The notes: generated by a model not told the origin, from the letters alone. A stretch of DNA of 64,000 bases from an uncultured Chitinophaga sp. (GCA_964358155.1 CAYHPA010000002.1:3406-67405), one strand, 5' to 3'. Positions 1 through 9,898 are shown, counted from the first letter of the stretch. Program-made: numbers and translations.

Positions 1-806
1 GGCTTCTTCAGCAGCAACAAAAAATCCTCATCTTTTTCATCGGGATAATCCTTATCAATGCCATACCGGATCTTTTCCGGCTCCAGTTTTTTGTAAGTGC
101 CGAGCAACCGGTCCCACACAGCAAAGATGGCCCCGTAATTACTGTCGGTATATGGCTGCTTCCAATGATGGTGCACTTTGTGCATATTAGGCGAAATAAA
201 AATATAGCTGATAGCATTGTCCAGCCATTTGGGCAAAGAAATATTAGCATGTTCAAATGCTGTAAAAAATATCAGCACCGTCTGGTAGATCATCACCGCA
301 TACATGGGCGCACCCGTAACTACAATGCCCATGAAAAAGAAAATACCTCTTACCACACTTTCCACCGGGTGGTGGCGAAGACCGGTGGTCACATCCACAT
401 TCGTATCTGCATGATGCACCACATGAAACCGCCAGAGCAATTTCCATTTATGCTCGGTGATATGCACCAGCCATCCGCCAAAAAAATCAACAACAAAAAT
501 GGTAATGAGAATGCTGGCCAGTATGCCGGCGCCCGTCCAATGTATAATGCCAAACTGGTTGGCCATGCACCAGTCACTTAGTAAAACGATAACAATAGCA
601 AGAAGGGTGTGGATGACGAGATGAAGCAGGGTGAGCCCGAAATTCACTCCCGCATGCCGCAATCTTGTTTTGCGAAAGCGCAAACTCAATAAAGGAATAG
701 CGCCTTCTAGTATCCAGAAAAACAAAAGCCCGCCAACCAAAAAAGCCATCCGCTCCAGCGGACGTTCTTCAAGATTGGAAAAATAATTAATGATATTATC
801 CCACAT
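1..806 (-). CDS. fatty acid hydroxylase / sterol desaturase family membrane protein. The 3' end runs off the window, so there is no stop inside it and the gene is absent from the ORF track.
   Basis: Manual reverse translation from the ATG at 806-804 gives MWDNIINYFSNLEERP.... It carries three histidine boxes (HITEH, HVVHH, HKVHHH) typical of the di-iron fatty acid hydroxylase superfamily, plus hydrophobic helices. The listed ORFs 8-256(-), 165-581(+), 253-447(-) and 389-577(-) lie in other frames of this gene. Confidence 0.8.
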   Translation of the reverse strand, partial: MWDNIINYFSNLEERPLERMAFLVGGLLFFWILEGAIPLLSLRFRKTRLRHAGVNFGLTLLHLVIHTLLAIVIVLLSDWCMANQFGIIHWTGAGILASILITIFVVDFFGGWLVHITEHKWKLLWRFHVVHHADTNVDVTTGLRHHPVESVVRGIFFFMGIVVTGAPMYAVMIYQTVLIFFTAFEHANISLPKWLDNAISYIFISPNMHKVHHHWKQPYTDSNYGAIFAVWDRLLGTYKKLEPEKIRYGIDKDYPDEKDEDFLLLLKK

Positions 807-847
807 AGCAATGATTCAAAGGAAAAGATACGAAGGAAAAGACAAAA

Positions 848-1276
848 TCAATGGCCGTCTTTGTCCTGTTTGTCTTCTGCCGGATATTCATGACCACAGT
901 CAAAACAATGATAAACCATATCAACCTTAGGCGCAAAACTGGCAAATAGTCCAAAACTGATAAAGCTTAACCAGTTACTTATTTTTCGTGGCGTGCTGAC
1001 AAATTCTACATTGAAAGAATTGCATTTTGGACAAGGATGCGCTTTTTTATTTTCATTCTCGATTATTCGCAGTATGCCGGCGGCTTCTTCGGAGCGGGTT
1101 TTTTCGACCATCAGCTTAATACCGCCGACAGCATTGGTAAGAATAGGATCAATGGTTACGGTGTTCTCATCTTTTAACCAGCAGTTGATGCCATCTTCTT
1201 CCAGCCGCCCTTTAGCGATATGAGCAGAAATATAATTATCATATACCTGGACCAGGACAAATTCCATAATCAACAT
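848..1276 (-). CDS. DUF2007-like small protein with a C-terminal zinc-ribbon
   Basis: The N-terminus (VLVQVYDNYISAHIAKGRLEEDGINCWLKDE) resembles the putative signal-transducing DUF2007 fold. The C-terminus has CPKC...CFDC cysteine pairs. The start could be M1 (1276) or M4 (1267). Confidence 0.55.
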   Translation of the reverse strand: MLIMEFVLVQVYDNYISAHIAKGRLEEDGINCWLKDENTVTIDPILTNAVGGIKLMVEKTRSEEAAGILRIIENENKKAHPCPKCNSFNVEFVSTPRKISNWLSFISFGLFASFAPKVDMVYHCFDCGHEYPAEDKQDKDGH

Positions 1277-1288
1277 CCAATTAATTGA

Positions 1289-1313
1289 AAAGCCCCGAAC
1301 TGGTCAGGGCTTG
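1289..1313 (-). terminator. hairpin downstream of the YARHG gene
   Basis: AAGCCC ... GGGCTT stem. On the minus strand it is followed by a short T-containing tract, so the T-run is weak. Confidence 0.35.
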
Positions 1314-1320
1314 AAAGTTT

Positions 1321-2070
1321 TTAACGTCCGTACTCATCCCCATACTCATCCGCATATTTCTCATATCGTTTGATGAGTTCAATATTTTTCTTTTCAATAT
1401 CGGTAAGAAAACCTTTGATGTCAACCGTGTTGGGCACATACCAGTCTTCCATTTCAAATTGCTGGCGCAGGTGTTTGCGGTTAAAACAATAACCATGTCT
1501 TGCAAAAATTTCATTGCGCATGAACTCCAGCTCTTCTTTGAAGAGGTTCTCCACATCTTTTGCTTTCAGCAATCGCTGTGATGCTTCCGGCCAGGAGCCG
1601 ACATCGGTGCGGTATTCAAATTTTTTCTTCTCTAACCTGTATCCCTTGGCCGGCCGCTTCATATCGTTTGCCTGCCACGATCCCCTTACGATATCGAGGC
1701 TGTCTTTACTGATGGAAAAACGAAATTCACCATCATCTTTATGATCGCCGGGTTCTTTGGCAGTAATATCATAGAACCGGCCATTAAGGACAAAAGTGCC
1801 CGCAAAAGGCCGGTCGTTGCCACCTACAATGCTGCGCCCGACAACTGAGTCGCCCATTGCTTTTGTAACAAGTAAAGTGATTTTGTTATCACCAAAAGCG
1901 CCGACAAAAGAGCCGAGTATTTCTTCGACAGGCTTGCTGGTTGGCGCCGGGGGCTGAACATTGTTTGCCTGGGCGGTATCTTTATTTTTATCGGCTTCTT
2001 TGTCCGATTTTTTATTGTTGCAGGCCAGCAGCGGCGCAGCGGCGATGAACAGGAACAAAAATTTTCTCAT
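1321..2070 (-). CDS. YARHG domain-containing lipoprotein
   Basis: The C-terminal motif EIFARHGYCF is the YARHG signature. I chose the internal ATG at 2070, giving MRKFLFLFIAAAPLLAC with a lipobox-like signal. The longer ORF to 2199 adds a non-signal extension that overlaps the divergent gene. Confidence 0.7.
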   Translation of the reverse strand: MRKFLFLFIAAAPLLACNNKKSDKEADKNKDTAQANNVQPPAPTSKPVEEILGSFVGAFGDNKITLLVTKAMGDSVVGRSIVGGNDRPFAGTFVLNGRFYDITAKEPGDHKDDGEFRFSISKDSLDIVRGSWQANDMKRPAKGYRLEKKKFEYRTDVGSWPEASQRLLKAKDVENLFKEELEFMRNEIFARHGYCFNRKHLRQQFEMEDWYVPNTVDIKGFLTDIEKKNIELIKRYEKYADEYGDEYGR

Positions 2071-2158
2071 ACTGAAAGGTTTAAATTTGTAAGAAGCAGT
2101 TTGCTGACTAAATGTAAAACAAATTATCAGCCGCACCAACATATTCAACGCAGCCCTT

Positions 2159-2797
2159 TTGCTCACCCTGGCTTTTTTTACCTGGCTGATGGCCGGCATT
2201 ACGATGAACTATATTCCCTACAACACCGATGTCGGCTTTTTGCGAATCAAACAGCAATACATAAGCGTTGACCACTGGCGGATCGCTTTTTTCATCCATG
2301 TGTATGCCAGCCTCTGGGTGCTGCTGGCGGGCTTTACCCAGTTTTCAAAATGGATACAGCGAAAGAACCGCCGGCTTCACCGGACAATGGGCTATATATA
2401 TGTTACCAATGTGTTGCTGATAACCGGTCCGGCCGGACTACTGATGGGTCTTTATGCCAATGGCGGCATTAGCTCAAGAATTGCATTTGTAATGCTGGCA
2501 ACGCTCTGGATTTTTTTTACCGCCATGGCACTAATCAAAGCAAGACAAAAGGATTTCAAAGCACACCGCAATTATATGATAAGAAGCTATGCGCTTACCA
2601 TATCAGCGCTTACACTAAGGGCATGGAAATTTGCTATCACCAACAATTTTGAACTGCCACCGATGGATGTGTACCGGTCGGTGGCTTGGTTGGGCTGGGT
2701 TCCTAATTTGATCTTTGCCGAGTGGCTAATCCGGAGAACTAAGATTAACAGGATTAGAAGGATGAAGAAGAAAACGGGAGAGACCAAAACTGCGTAA
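2159..2797 (+). CDS. polytopic membrane protein, DUF2306-like
   Basis: Several hydrophobic helices are present, and the layout resembles DUF2306 predicted membrane proteins. The start is uncertain: TTG at 2159 or ATG at 2189. Confidence 0.5.
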   Translation: MLTLAFFTWLMAGITMNYIPYNTDVGFLRIKQQYISVDHWRIAFFIHVYASLWVLLAGFTQFSKWIQRKNRRLHRTMGYIYVTNVLLITGPAGLLMGLYANGGISSRIAFVMLATLWIFFTAMALIKARQKDFKAHRNYMIRSYALTISALTLRAWKFAITNNFELPPMDVYRSVAWLGWVPNLIFAEWLIRRTKINRIRRMKKKTGETKTA

Positions 2798-2814
2798 ATC
2801 GTTTACTAAAAAGA

Positions 2815-2845
2815 AAAAGCCCACTACTGTGAGCTTTCTTATTTC
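2815..2845 (+). terminator. imperfect hairpin plus T-rich tail after the membrane protein gene
   Basis: AAAGCCCAC tact GTGAGCTTT (one mismatch), followed by CTTATTT. Confidence 0.35.
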
Positions 2846-2894
2846 ATTATAATCTTAAGCGACTGTCCGCATGTATGAACCGTATATATTTTTT

Positions 2895-2968
2895 ACCACA
2901 TAGGAACATAGAAACATAGGTTTCACATAGATTTTCTATGTGTTTTCTCCTGCTGTGTGCTATGTGGT
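2895..2968. repeat. heptad hairpin repeat element, CACATAG type, copy 1
   Basis: The left arm is ACCACATAG-GAACATAG-AAACATAG-GTTTCACATAG, the loop is ATTTT, and the right arm is CTATGTG...CTATGTGGT. The 19-nt core CACATAGATTTTCTATGTG is identical to copy 3. Confidence 0.8.
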
Positions 2969-3066
2969 GCAGCCTGCCCTGACAAAGGAAGGGTGGTTCC
3001 ATTAATAGGTTGCTACATGCGGATAGTCAATTAATCTTATTAAATCCAGTAAATCTTAGTTCTGTT

Positions 3067-4182
3067 TTATTGATTCAGCATCAACGGCATCACCAGCATC
3101 AGCAGTTCTTCATTCTCATCCATCTCAGATGGTTTGATGATGCCGGCCTTGGTGGGGGTGGATAACTCAATTCCGATCTCATCACTGTCGGCAGCGTTCA
3201 GCATTTCAATCAGGAACCGGGCATTGAAAGCGATCATCAGGTCTTCGCCATTGTACTGGCATTTCATTCTCTCATTTCCTTCAAAACTAAAGTCAATATC
3301 CTGTGCAGCCAGTTGCAGCTCGCTGCCGGAAATACTCAATGCTACCTGGTTAGTGCTTTTATTACTAAATACGCTTACCCGGCGGAGTGCACTTTGAAAA
3401 TCATTTTTATTGACGGTAAGCCGGTATGGATTATCCGTTGGTATCACCACTTTATAATCAGGGAAACGGGCATCTATCAGCCGGCAGCTCATTTGTGTGG
3501 TGCCATGTTTTACAAACAGATGATTGCTGTTATAGCTGATGGTTATTTCATCCTCATTGGAGGGGATGGCGATTTTAACGAGGTTCAGCGGCTTACGGGG
3601 AACAATGAAAGAATCATTCTTCGGACATTTTACGTCTGTTCTTTTATAGCGGACCAGGCGGTGGGCATCGGTAGCCACACATTGCAGGCCTTTTTTATCC
3701 AACTCAAAGAAAACACCCGTCATGGCAGGGCGCAGGTCGTCATTGCTGGTGGCAAAAATGGTTTTGTTGATGGCTGTAACCAGCGCAGAAGCGGTCATGG
3801 TAAAAGAAGTGGTTTCATCCGCGGCGGGTTCTTTCGGAAAATTATCCGGGTTTTCACCCATCACTTTATACTTACCATTGTCGCTGGTAATTTCAATCCC
3901 GAAATTCTTGTCGATATTAAAAGTAAGCGGCTGGTCAGCGATATTTTTCAAAGAGTCCATCAATATCTTGGCGGGGATACAAACTTTACCGCTGTCTTTG
4001 GCTTCAATGTCCAGTTGGACCCTCATTACTGTTTCCAGATCGGTGGCCACAACGGTCAGTTTATTCTTCTCTACTTCAAACAAAAAATCTTCCAGTATCG
4101 GGAGCACCGTATTGGCATTGATAACACCGGCGATATGCTGCAGTTGTTTCAGCAAGGAAGATGAGGAAGCAATAAATTTCAT
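3067..4182 (-). CDS. dnaN: DNA polymerase III beta subunit (sliding clamp)
   Basis: 371 aa. The N-terminus MKFIASSSSLLKQLQHIAGVINANTVLPILEDFLFEV and the overall three-domain length are typical of DnaN. Confidence 0.95.
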   Translation of the reverse strand: MKFIASSSSLLKQLQHIAGVINANTVLPILEDFLFEVEKNKLTVVATDLETVMRVQLDIEAKDSGKVCIPAKILMDSLKNIADQPLTFNIDKNFGIEITSDNGKYKVMGENPDNFPKEPAADETTSFTMTASALVTAINKTIFATSNDDLRPAMTGVFFELDKKGLQCVATDAHRLVRYKRTDVKCPKNDSFIVPRKPLNLVKIAIPSNEDEITISYNSNHLFVKHGTTQMSCRLIDARFPDYKVVIPTDNPYRLTVNKNDFQSALRRVSVFSNKSTNQVALSISGSELQLAAQDIDFSFEGNERMKCQYNGEDLMIAFNARFLIEMLNAADSDEIGIELSTPTKAGIIKPSEMDENEELLMLVMPLMLNQ

Positions 4183-4400
4183 CTCTGATTGGTTTGAGGC
4201 GAAACTACTGATTTTTGGTTTATGCCCAACAAATCGGCAGCGGGGGTGGAATACTTTCCGGAGAGGGTTTTTTTCCGGGAGAAGAAGCTAAATTGACCCC
4301 CGAGCCCCTTCTTGTGCCTTGTTTCTTGCGCAGCAAAGAGAAGTCCCGCTTCTGCGGGATGACTTTCTTTACTATCTTGCTCTTTCGCAAAAAACAAAAC

Positions 4401-5723
4401 ATGTTTGACAAGCTTTTTGGACGGGGAAAGAAAAAGGAGGAATCCAGGCAGGGACCGGATATTGTTTTTGGCCGCTATTCGGATAATAATAAACCGGTGA
4501 CCAAAGTAAACCGCTGGACGGATGCGGACAACCGGTTCAAAGAAAAAAAATACACCGATAGCCTGGATGCTTTTTTTGATTACCTGCGGGATGATGCCGC
4601 CGCCAATGTGGTGTATGAACGAAATGGGGCAGAAGGGCGCTTTGAATTTTACCAGGGTTCTAAGATTGTAAGGGGAATTTTCAATAATGAAATACTGAAA
4701 GCGGAAGTAACGCTGGCCCGCATGCCACAGCCATCTGTGCCGGTAATGCGCCGCCTGCTGGAAATGAATTTCAATTTATACTACAGCCGCTTTGCGCTGG
4801 ACAACGACAGGCTTTGCATGCGGTTCGATAGTGATATTGAAACGGCCAGCCCCAGCAAACTGTATTACGGACTAAAAGAAGTGGCTACCAAGGCCGATAA
4901 GCAGGACGATCTGCTGGTACAGGATTTCAATATCCTGCAATCGGCCGACATCGAACATGTTGCCGACATTACACAACAGGAAAAACAGGTGAAGTATGAG
5001 TTTTTACAACAATGGATAAAACAAACGCAGGATGCGGCGGCCTCCGTAGATGCCGATAAATTTTCCGGGGGCATTGCTTATTCTTTACTATCACTGGTGT
5101 ACCGCATTGATTATTTAATTGCCCCGGAAGGAAAAATGCTGAATGACCTGGAAAAGATAGCAGGTATTTACTTTAAAAAAGATGAGCGGCCCGTTACGGA
5201 AAAGAACAGGGATATGATGGAGGAGTTTAAAAAAATCCAGGCGCTTCCCAAAGAAGAGTTCTTTAAATACCTGTTCCGGTCAAAATACACTTTTGCCATT
5301 GTGGCGCCACAACAGTATAAAACAATCGCCGATTCCATTCATAATTCCAGCCAGAACATGTTCTGGTACAGGGACAACAATTATCCCTTCTTTGCCAGCC
5401 AGATCAGCGAATACGGCATATCCTATTGCCAGTATTCTTACAGCCTGCCCAAAGTCATTACCGAGTTGTTTCATTTGTATATGATGGTGAACTACCCGGA
5501 ATATTTTGTGGCGCTGGGATATACACAGGCTTATTACGACCCGAAGGAAAACCAGTTTGCCTCCTCCGGTATTATTGAAAAAATAAAAGAAATACAAGCC
5601 CGGTGGAAAGACAAATACCCGTTGCTTGATTTTAAAACGCAGAACCTGAAATTTGATAATCTTGTCAACTTCAATTATACGTTCACCACAGAAATGGAAT
5701 TATTAAACACGGACAGCAAATAG
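4401..5723 (+). CDS. conserved hypothetical protein with an N-terminal YbjN-like (T3SS-chaperone-fold) region
   Basis: I chose the internal ATG at 4401 (MFDKLFGRGKKK). The TTG-initiated extension from 4215 looks like non-coding sequence. The segment EGRFEFYQGSKIVRG...MRRLLEMNFNLYYSRFALDNDRLCMRF follows the YbjN-type pattern. Only 2 nt separate it from the next gene. Confidence 0.6.
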   Translation: MFDKLFGRGKKKEESRQGPDIVFGRYSDNNKPVTKVNRWTDADNRFKEKKYTDSLDAFFDYLRDDAAANVVYERNGAEGRFEFYQGSKIVRGIFNNEILKAEVTLARMPQPSVPVMRRLLEMNFNLYYSRFALDNDRLCMRFDSDIETASPSKLYYGLKEVATKADKQDDLLVQDFNILQSADIEHVADITQQEKQVKYEFLQQWIKQTQDAAASVDADKFSGGIAYSLLSLVYRIDYLIAPEGKMLNDLEKIAGIYFKKDERPVTEKNRDMMEEFKKIQALPKEEFFKYLFRSKYTFAIVAPQQYKTIADSIHNSSQNMFWYRDNNYPFFASQISEYGISYCQYSYSLPKVITELFHLYMMVNYPEYFVALGYTQAYYDPKENQFASSGIIEKIKEIQARWKDKYPLLDFKTQNLKFDNLVNFNYTFTTEMELLNTDSK

Positions 5724-5725
5724 GC

Positions 5726-6826
5726 ATGAATTCAAAACTTATCATAGAACAATATCAAAAAGCGATTATACAAATAGCTACCGCCTCGGGTACGGGTACG
5801 GGGTTTTATTTAAAAGAATTCGACCTTATCGTTACCAACGACCATGTGGTGGCAGAAAATGCAGAAGTAACTATTGCGGGAAAAGCATTTGAAAAAGCAC
5901 TGTCAAGAGTTTGGTACACCGACCGCAAGCATGATCTTGCTTTTTTGCAGGCGCCCGCGGGCATTGAACTGCCGGAAGTTCGCCTCGGGCAATACGAACA
6001 AATGAAAGACGGGGATCCGGTGGTGGCCATCGGCCATCCTTATGGATTAAATTATTCAGCAACGCAAGGCGTGATATCAAAAGTGGACCGCATCCGGGAA
6101 GGGTTGAAGTACATACAAATTGATGCAGCCATCAATCCCGGCAACAGCGGTGGTCCGCTGGTGAATATGAGCGGAGAAATTATAGGCGTCAATTCTTTTA
6201 TCATCCGCGGGGGAGATAACCTGGGCTTTGCATTGCCGGTGAATTACCTGCGGGAGGCATTGCAGTTATATGTACCCAACAAAGGTCATGCATCCACCCG
6301 CTGCTTCAGTTGCAGCTATCTTGTAACTTCTGCCAATATTGATTCAGCAAAATATTGTCCCAGTTGCGGCACCGAAGTCAAGTTGCCTGTGGCGCCGGAA
6401 AAAGAAGCGGAAGCCGTTGGCGCCGCCAAAACCATTGAAGAGATTTTAAAGGAACTCGGCAAAGATGTAAAGCTGGCAAGAGAAGGGGTGAACAACTGGA
6501 GTGTAAAGGAAGGCTCCGCCAAGATCAAGATCACCTACAATGCCGAAAATTATTTTATAGCCGGAGATGCCTATCTCTGCCAGATGCCTTCCGATGCAGC
6601 GAGGATAAAACCGCTGTACCAGTTTTTACTGGAAGAGAACTATCGCACCAACGGACTTGTTTTAAGTTGTGTCAAGCAGAATATTGTGCTGAGCTGCATC
6701 ATTTACGACCTTGATATGACAAAGGAGAACGGGGCAGACGCTTTTCGAAATCTTTTTCAGAAAGCCGACTACTACGATGATTTTTTAAAAACGGAATACA
6801 GTTGCACCAACCGGCTGGAGGAATAA
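5726..6826 (+). CDS. trypsin-like (S1C/HtrA-type) serine protease fused to a zinc-ribbon and a C-terminal YbjN-like domain
   Basis: Catalytic triad context: VTNDHVV (His), KHDLAFL (Asp), NPGNSGGPL (Ser). CFSC...CPSC forms a zinc ribbon. The C-terminus NWSVKEGSAKIKITY...LYQFLLEENYRTNGLVLS is YbjN-like. Confidence 0.85.
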   Translation: MNSKLIIEQYQKAIIQIATASGTGTGFYLKEFDLIVTNDHVVAENAEVTIAGKAFEKALSRVWYTDRKHDLAFLQAPAGIELPEVRLGQYEQMKDGDPVVAIGHPYGLNYSATQGVISKVDRIREGLKYIQIDAAINPGNSGGPLVNMSGEIIGVNSFIIRGGDNLGFALPVNYLREALQLYVPNKGHASTRCFSCSYLVTSANIDSAKYCPSCGTEVKLPVAPEKEAEAVGAAKTIEEILKELGKDVKLAREGVNNWSVKEGSAKIKITYNAENYFIAGDAYLCQMPSDAARIKPLYQFLLEENYRTNGLVLSCVKQNIVLSCIIYDLDMTKENGADAFRNLFQKADYYDDFLKTEYSCTNRLEE

Positions 6827-6831
6827 GGCCA

Positions 6832-6909
6832 GACAGAGTTCACGCAGAGATCGCCGGGTACGCAGAGGAGTAAAAAAATATTCTCAGCGTTCTCTGTGTC
6901 CTCTGCGTG
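6832..6909. repeat. heptad hairpin repeat element, CACGCAGAG variant, copy 2
   Basis: The left arm is GACAGAG, CACGCAGAG, TACGCAGAG. The right arm is CTCTGTG, CTCTGCGTG, the exact complement of the left units. Confidence 0.7.
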
Positions 6910-6981
6910 CTTTTTGAAATAATATCCATCAGAAGAACCGGATTTTATTAATCTGCCCCTCTTTTTCTACTTTTAATATCC

Positions 6982-9873
6982 ATGAAACAGCTGCTGAAGC
7001 ATATTCTTATCATTTGCACTTGCTTTTGCATGCAGGGTGCCGCAGCCCAAACCACCCAAACCATTGCATACACAACAAAAGAAGGCTTGTCTTCCAATTC
7101 AGTTTACCGTACTGCCATTGATCAGCGGGGGTTTTTATGGATCGCCACCGAGAACGGCCTTGCCCGTTTTGATGGAAGGAGATTTGTAACATACACCACT
7201 GCTCAGGGACTTACGGATAATGAGATTGTTGACCTCTTTATCGATAGCAGCGGGGTTATCTGGGCCATTCCTTTTCGCCGGTCGCCCTGCTATTACAACC
7301 CGACAAAAGACAGGTTTGAAAATGAAACATCCGATCCGGAGCTGAATAAAATTGACCTGGCCAACACACACAAAGTACATGTGCTGCGCTATGGCGGTAT
7401 CGGTTTCAGCAATAACCTGCGCCAGCTCTTTATATACAAGAATGGCAAGACAGCAGTGTACAAGGGTTTTATGGCGGTAAAAACAGGTGTGATACAGAAG
7501 ATAGTGGAGTACAGCCCGGATCAGTATCTTTTTTTTGGCGAGGACACCATCCGTTATTTCAGCAACGGAAAAATAACCCGCAATATTCCCTTTGGCAAAA
7601 AACTGATTGCTGCGGAATATGTAAATGGAAAAATGTACCTCGTTCAGGATAAGAGCATCATCACCCTGCGGGTGGATGAAAAAGGAAATTTTTTGAATGA
7701 AGGCGAAAAGCTATATCCTTTTGAACTCAGGATATTTTGCAATACCGGCAAAGGCTTTGCCATCACCTCGCTCAGCGGCAATACCTACCTGCTTGATACT
7801 GCAACATTGGACATTAAAGAAAATGTGTACTCACAGGCACAGGTAAGAAATGTTGTTGAAGACAAAGAAGGGAACACCTGGCTCTCCACCATGGAAAACG
7901 GGCTGATAAAAATCCAGCAGAAAAGGATTTCTTCTTTTACCGGCGTGCCGGCCATACAGCAAAACTTCAATGCGCTGGTAAAAACAAGAAACATCATTGC
8001 CGGCACCAACAACGGAGAAGTGTTTGTTTACGATGGCTTATATGGTGTTCGCCGTATTCCGCTTACGGACGACCGGAATATTGACGCCTGGGTGCGCCGG
8101 ATAGTAAAAACCAGCAAAGGCATTTATGTTTCCACACAAACAGGCTCTTTTCTCCTGGACATGGAAGGAAACAGCATAATAGAAAAATTTATCGGATCCC
8201 AAAACAGGTCTTCCAAGACGGCCGTGTTGCTGAATGACTCTATACTCGGCCTCGGCACTCATTCACAGGCATGGAAGTATAACCTGAATACCGGAATCTA
8301 TATTGACAGTATTGCCAAAAGGATCATTTCGCTTGTTGCTGATAAGCGGGGCAAAGTGTATATCGGTTCCAATGATGGATTATACCGGTGGGACAAAGAC
8401 AGCCTGTTTGCTTTTGGTACAATACAAAACACATTCAACTACCGGGTAAATACGATGACCTGCTCTCCCGATAATATCGTGTGGGTGGGGCTTGGCTCCG
8501 ATTCATTGCTCGCAATGAAAGAAGACAAGCTGATCGCTTCGCTGCCATTGGGCGGGGCCATTCCCGGCAATATCTGCAAATCACTTTTTTGTAATAAGGC
8601 AGGTGAACTGTGGCTCGGCACCAACAAAGGATTGAACAGGATATATTACAGCTATGCAAAAAATGAATTCAGCTATACCAATACTTATTTCGGCACTGCC
8701 GACGGATTGATTGGGGAGCAGGTAAATGATATCACTTTCAATAACGACACTATTTATGTTGCCACCAGCGGGGGCATCAGCTATCTGCCCGCTAATCTTT
8801 CTTTGCCTGTGGCCGACATCGCCACTTTCATCACCCGCATCAGCATTAATGGGCAGGATGAAGAGCTGAAAAAGAACTATACAGTTCCCTTTGGAAAAAA
8901 TGATATCACTATTGAATTCTCCGGAGTTGACCTTACCGGTTTTGTTCCCTTGTTTGAATACAGCATCAATAACAGCGACTGGAAACAGACAGATAAGATA
9001 GAACTGAAAAAACTGGCGCCGGGTTCTTACAGCATTAAAATAAGGGCCATCAAAAGAGATGGTAAAGCATCAGCACAGACGGCGGTTGTGGACGTAAAAA
9101 TCAAAACACCGTTTTGGAGGAACCCCGTCTTCTGGATCATTTTTGTTTTGCTTTCGTTCAGCGCCATCATTTATTTTATCCAAAAAAGAAATAAACAAAG
9201 ACAGAAAATTGCGGTAACAAAAGTTTTGACCGAAAAAAAGATCGCCGAATTGGAGATGCAGGCATTAAAGGCGCAGATCAACCCGCATTTTGTTTTCAAT
9301 TGCCTTAATTCTATCAAAGGGTTTATCTATGATAAGAACTATGAGCAGGCAGATAAATACCTGGATAAATTTTCTGAGCTCCTCCGCAGTACGATGGACA
9401 ATGCCGATGCTTCCATTATTTCACTGGAAGAGGAAATAAAATATCTCGATACTTACCTGCAATTGGAAAAACTCCGCTTTGGCGATAAGTTTAATTATAC
9501 CATTGAGGCAAACGAAAATGTTGACACGGGGAATACATTTGTTCCGGCCATGCTGCTGCAGCCCTATGTGGAGAATGCTATCCGGCATGGCGTACGGTTC
9601 CTGGAAAATACAAAGGGAAAAATCACTATTCTTGCGCATAAAGAAAAAGACCGGCTGGTTTGTGAGATTGATGACAACGGTATCGGCAGGGAGAAAGCAG
9701 CGCAGCTAAAGAGCAGTATGCATATTGAATACCAGAGCCGCGGCATGCAGTTGAGCAGGCGCAGGGCCGAACTGTATAATATCCGTCAGCAGATCGTTGA
9801 TAAAAAAGATGAGAAAGGAAATGCAACCGGAACAACCATTGTTATCAGCATACCATTAGAATTAAAGCCATGA
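6982..9873 (+). CDS. sensor histidine kinase, LytS/YehU type, with a periplasmic two-component-regulator propeller / Y_Y_Y region
   Basis: It has a signal peptide and a repeated propeller-like N-terminal half, then a TM helix (FWIIFVLLSFSAIIYFI). QINPHFVFNCLNSI is the LytS-type His_kinase motif, and LLQPYVENAIRHG plus DDNGIG form the ATPase. Confidence 0.85.
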   Translation: MKQLLKHILIICTCFCMQGAAAQTTQTIAYTTKEGLSSNSVYRTAIDQRGFLWIATENGLARFDGRRFVTYTTAQGLTDNEIVDLFIDSSGVIWAIPFRRSPCYYNPTKDRFENETSDPELNKIDLANTHKVHVLRYGGIGFSNNLRQLFIYKNGKTAVYKGFMAVKTGVIQKIVEYSPDQYLFFGEDTIRYFSNGKITRNIPFGKKLIAAEYVNGKMYLVQDKSIITLRVDEKGNFLNEGEKLYPFELRIFCNTGKGFAITSLSGNTYLLDTATLDIKENVYSQAQVRNVVEDKEGNTWLSTMENGLIKIQQKRISSFTGVPAIQQNFNALVKTRNIIAGTNNGEVFVYDGLYGVRRIPLTDDRNIDAWVRRIVKTSKGIYVSTQTGSFLLDMEGNSIIEKFIGSQNRSSKTAVLLNDSILGLGTHSQAWKYNLNTGIYIDSIAKRIISLVADKRGKVYIGSNDGLYRWDKDSLFAFGTIQNTFNYRVNTMTCSPDNIVWVGLGSDSLLAMKEDKLIASLPLGGAIPGNICKSLFCNKAGELWLGTNKGLNRIYYSYAKNEFSYTNTYFGTADGLIGEQVNDITFNNDTIYVATSGGISYLPANLSLPVADIATFITRISINGQDEELKKNYTVPFGKNDITIEFSGVDLTGFVPLFEYSINNSDWKQTDKIELKKLAPGSYSIKIRAIKRDGKASAQTAVVDVKIKTPFWRNPVFWIIFVLLSFSAIIYFIQKRNKQRQKIAVTKVLTEKKIAELEMQALKAQINPHFVFNCLNSIKGFIYDKNYEQADKYLDKFSELLRSTMDNADASIISLEEEIKYLDTYLQLEKLRFGDKFNYTIEANENVDTGNTFVPAMLLQPYVENAIRHGVRFLENTKGKITILAHKEKDRLVCEIDDNGIGREKAAQLKSSMHIEYQSRGMQLSRRRAELYNIRQQIVDKKDEKGNATGTTIVISIPLELKP

Positions 9874-9898
9874 TATTTTTTTAGTATCCGGAAATGGA

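Noticed and set aside
2895-2968. Short, regularly spaced repeats (CACATAG / CACAGAG units), also at 6832, 9899 and 25764, that might be taken for a CRISPR-like array.
   Set aside because: The units are only 7-9 nt long and separated by 1-15 nt. They are arranged as inverted arms of a hairpin. No cas genes are present, and each locus is under 100 nt.
3313-4164. A 283-aa ORF on the plus strand, along with 3134-3397 and 3722-4291.
   Set aside because: They are antisense shadows of dnaN with low-complexity composition and no recognisable motifs. The dnaN assignment on the minus strand is unambiguous.
4183-4400. The region upstream of dnaN as a possible replication origin.
   Set aside because: There is no dnaA gene nearby, I saw no cluster of TTATCCACA-type DnaA boxes, and there is no marked AT-rich unwinding element. 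dnaN is commonly unlinked from oriC in Bacteroidota.
4215-4400. N-terminal extensions of several track ORFs: 4215, 2199, 9958, 14973, 25867, 40830, 42804, 46833, 50890, 53238 and 34054.
   Set aside because: The extensions begin at alternative or upstream codons. They overlap neighbouring genes or repeat elements and lack signal-peptide logic. Internal ATGs give canonical N-termini (signal peptides, or a receiver domain starting near residue 5) and sensible intergenic spacing.
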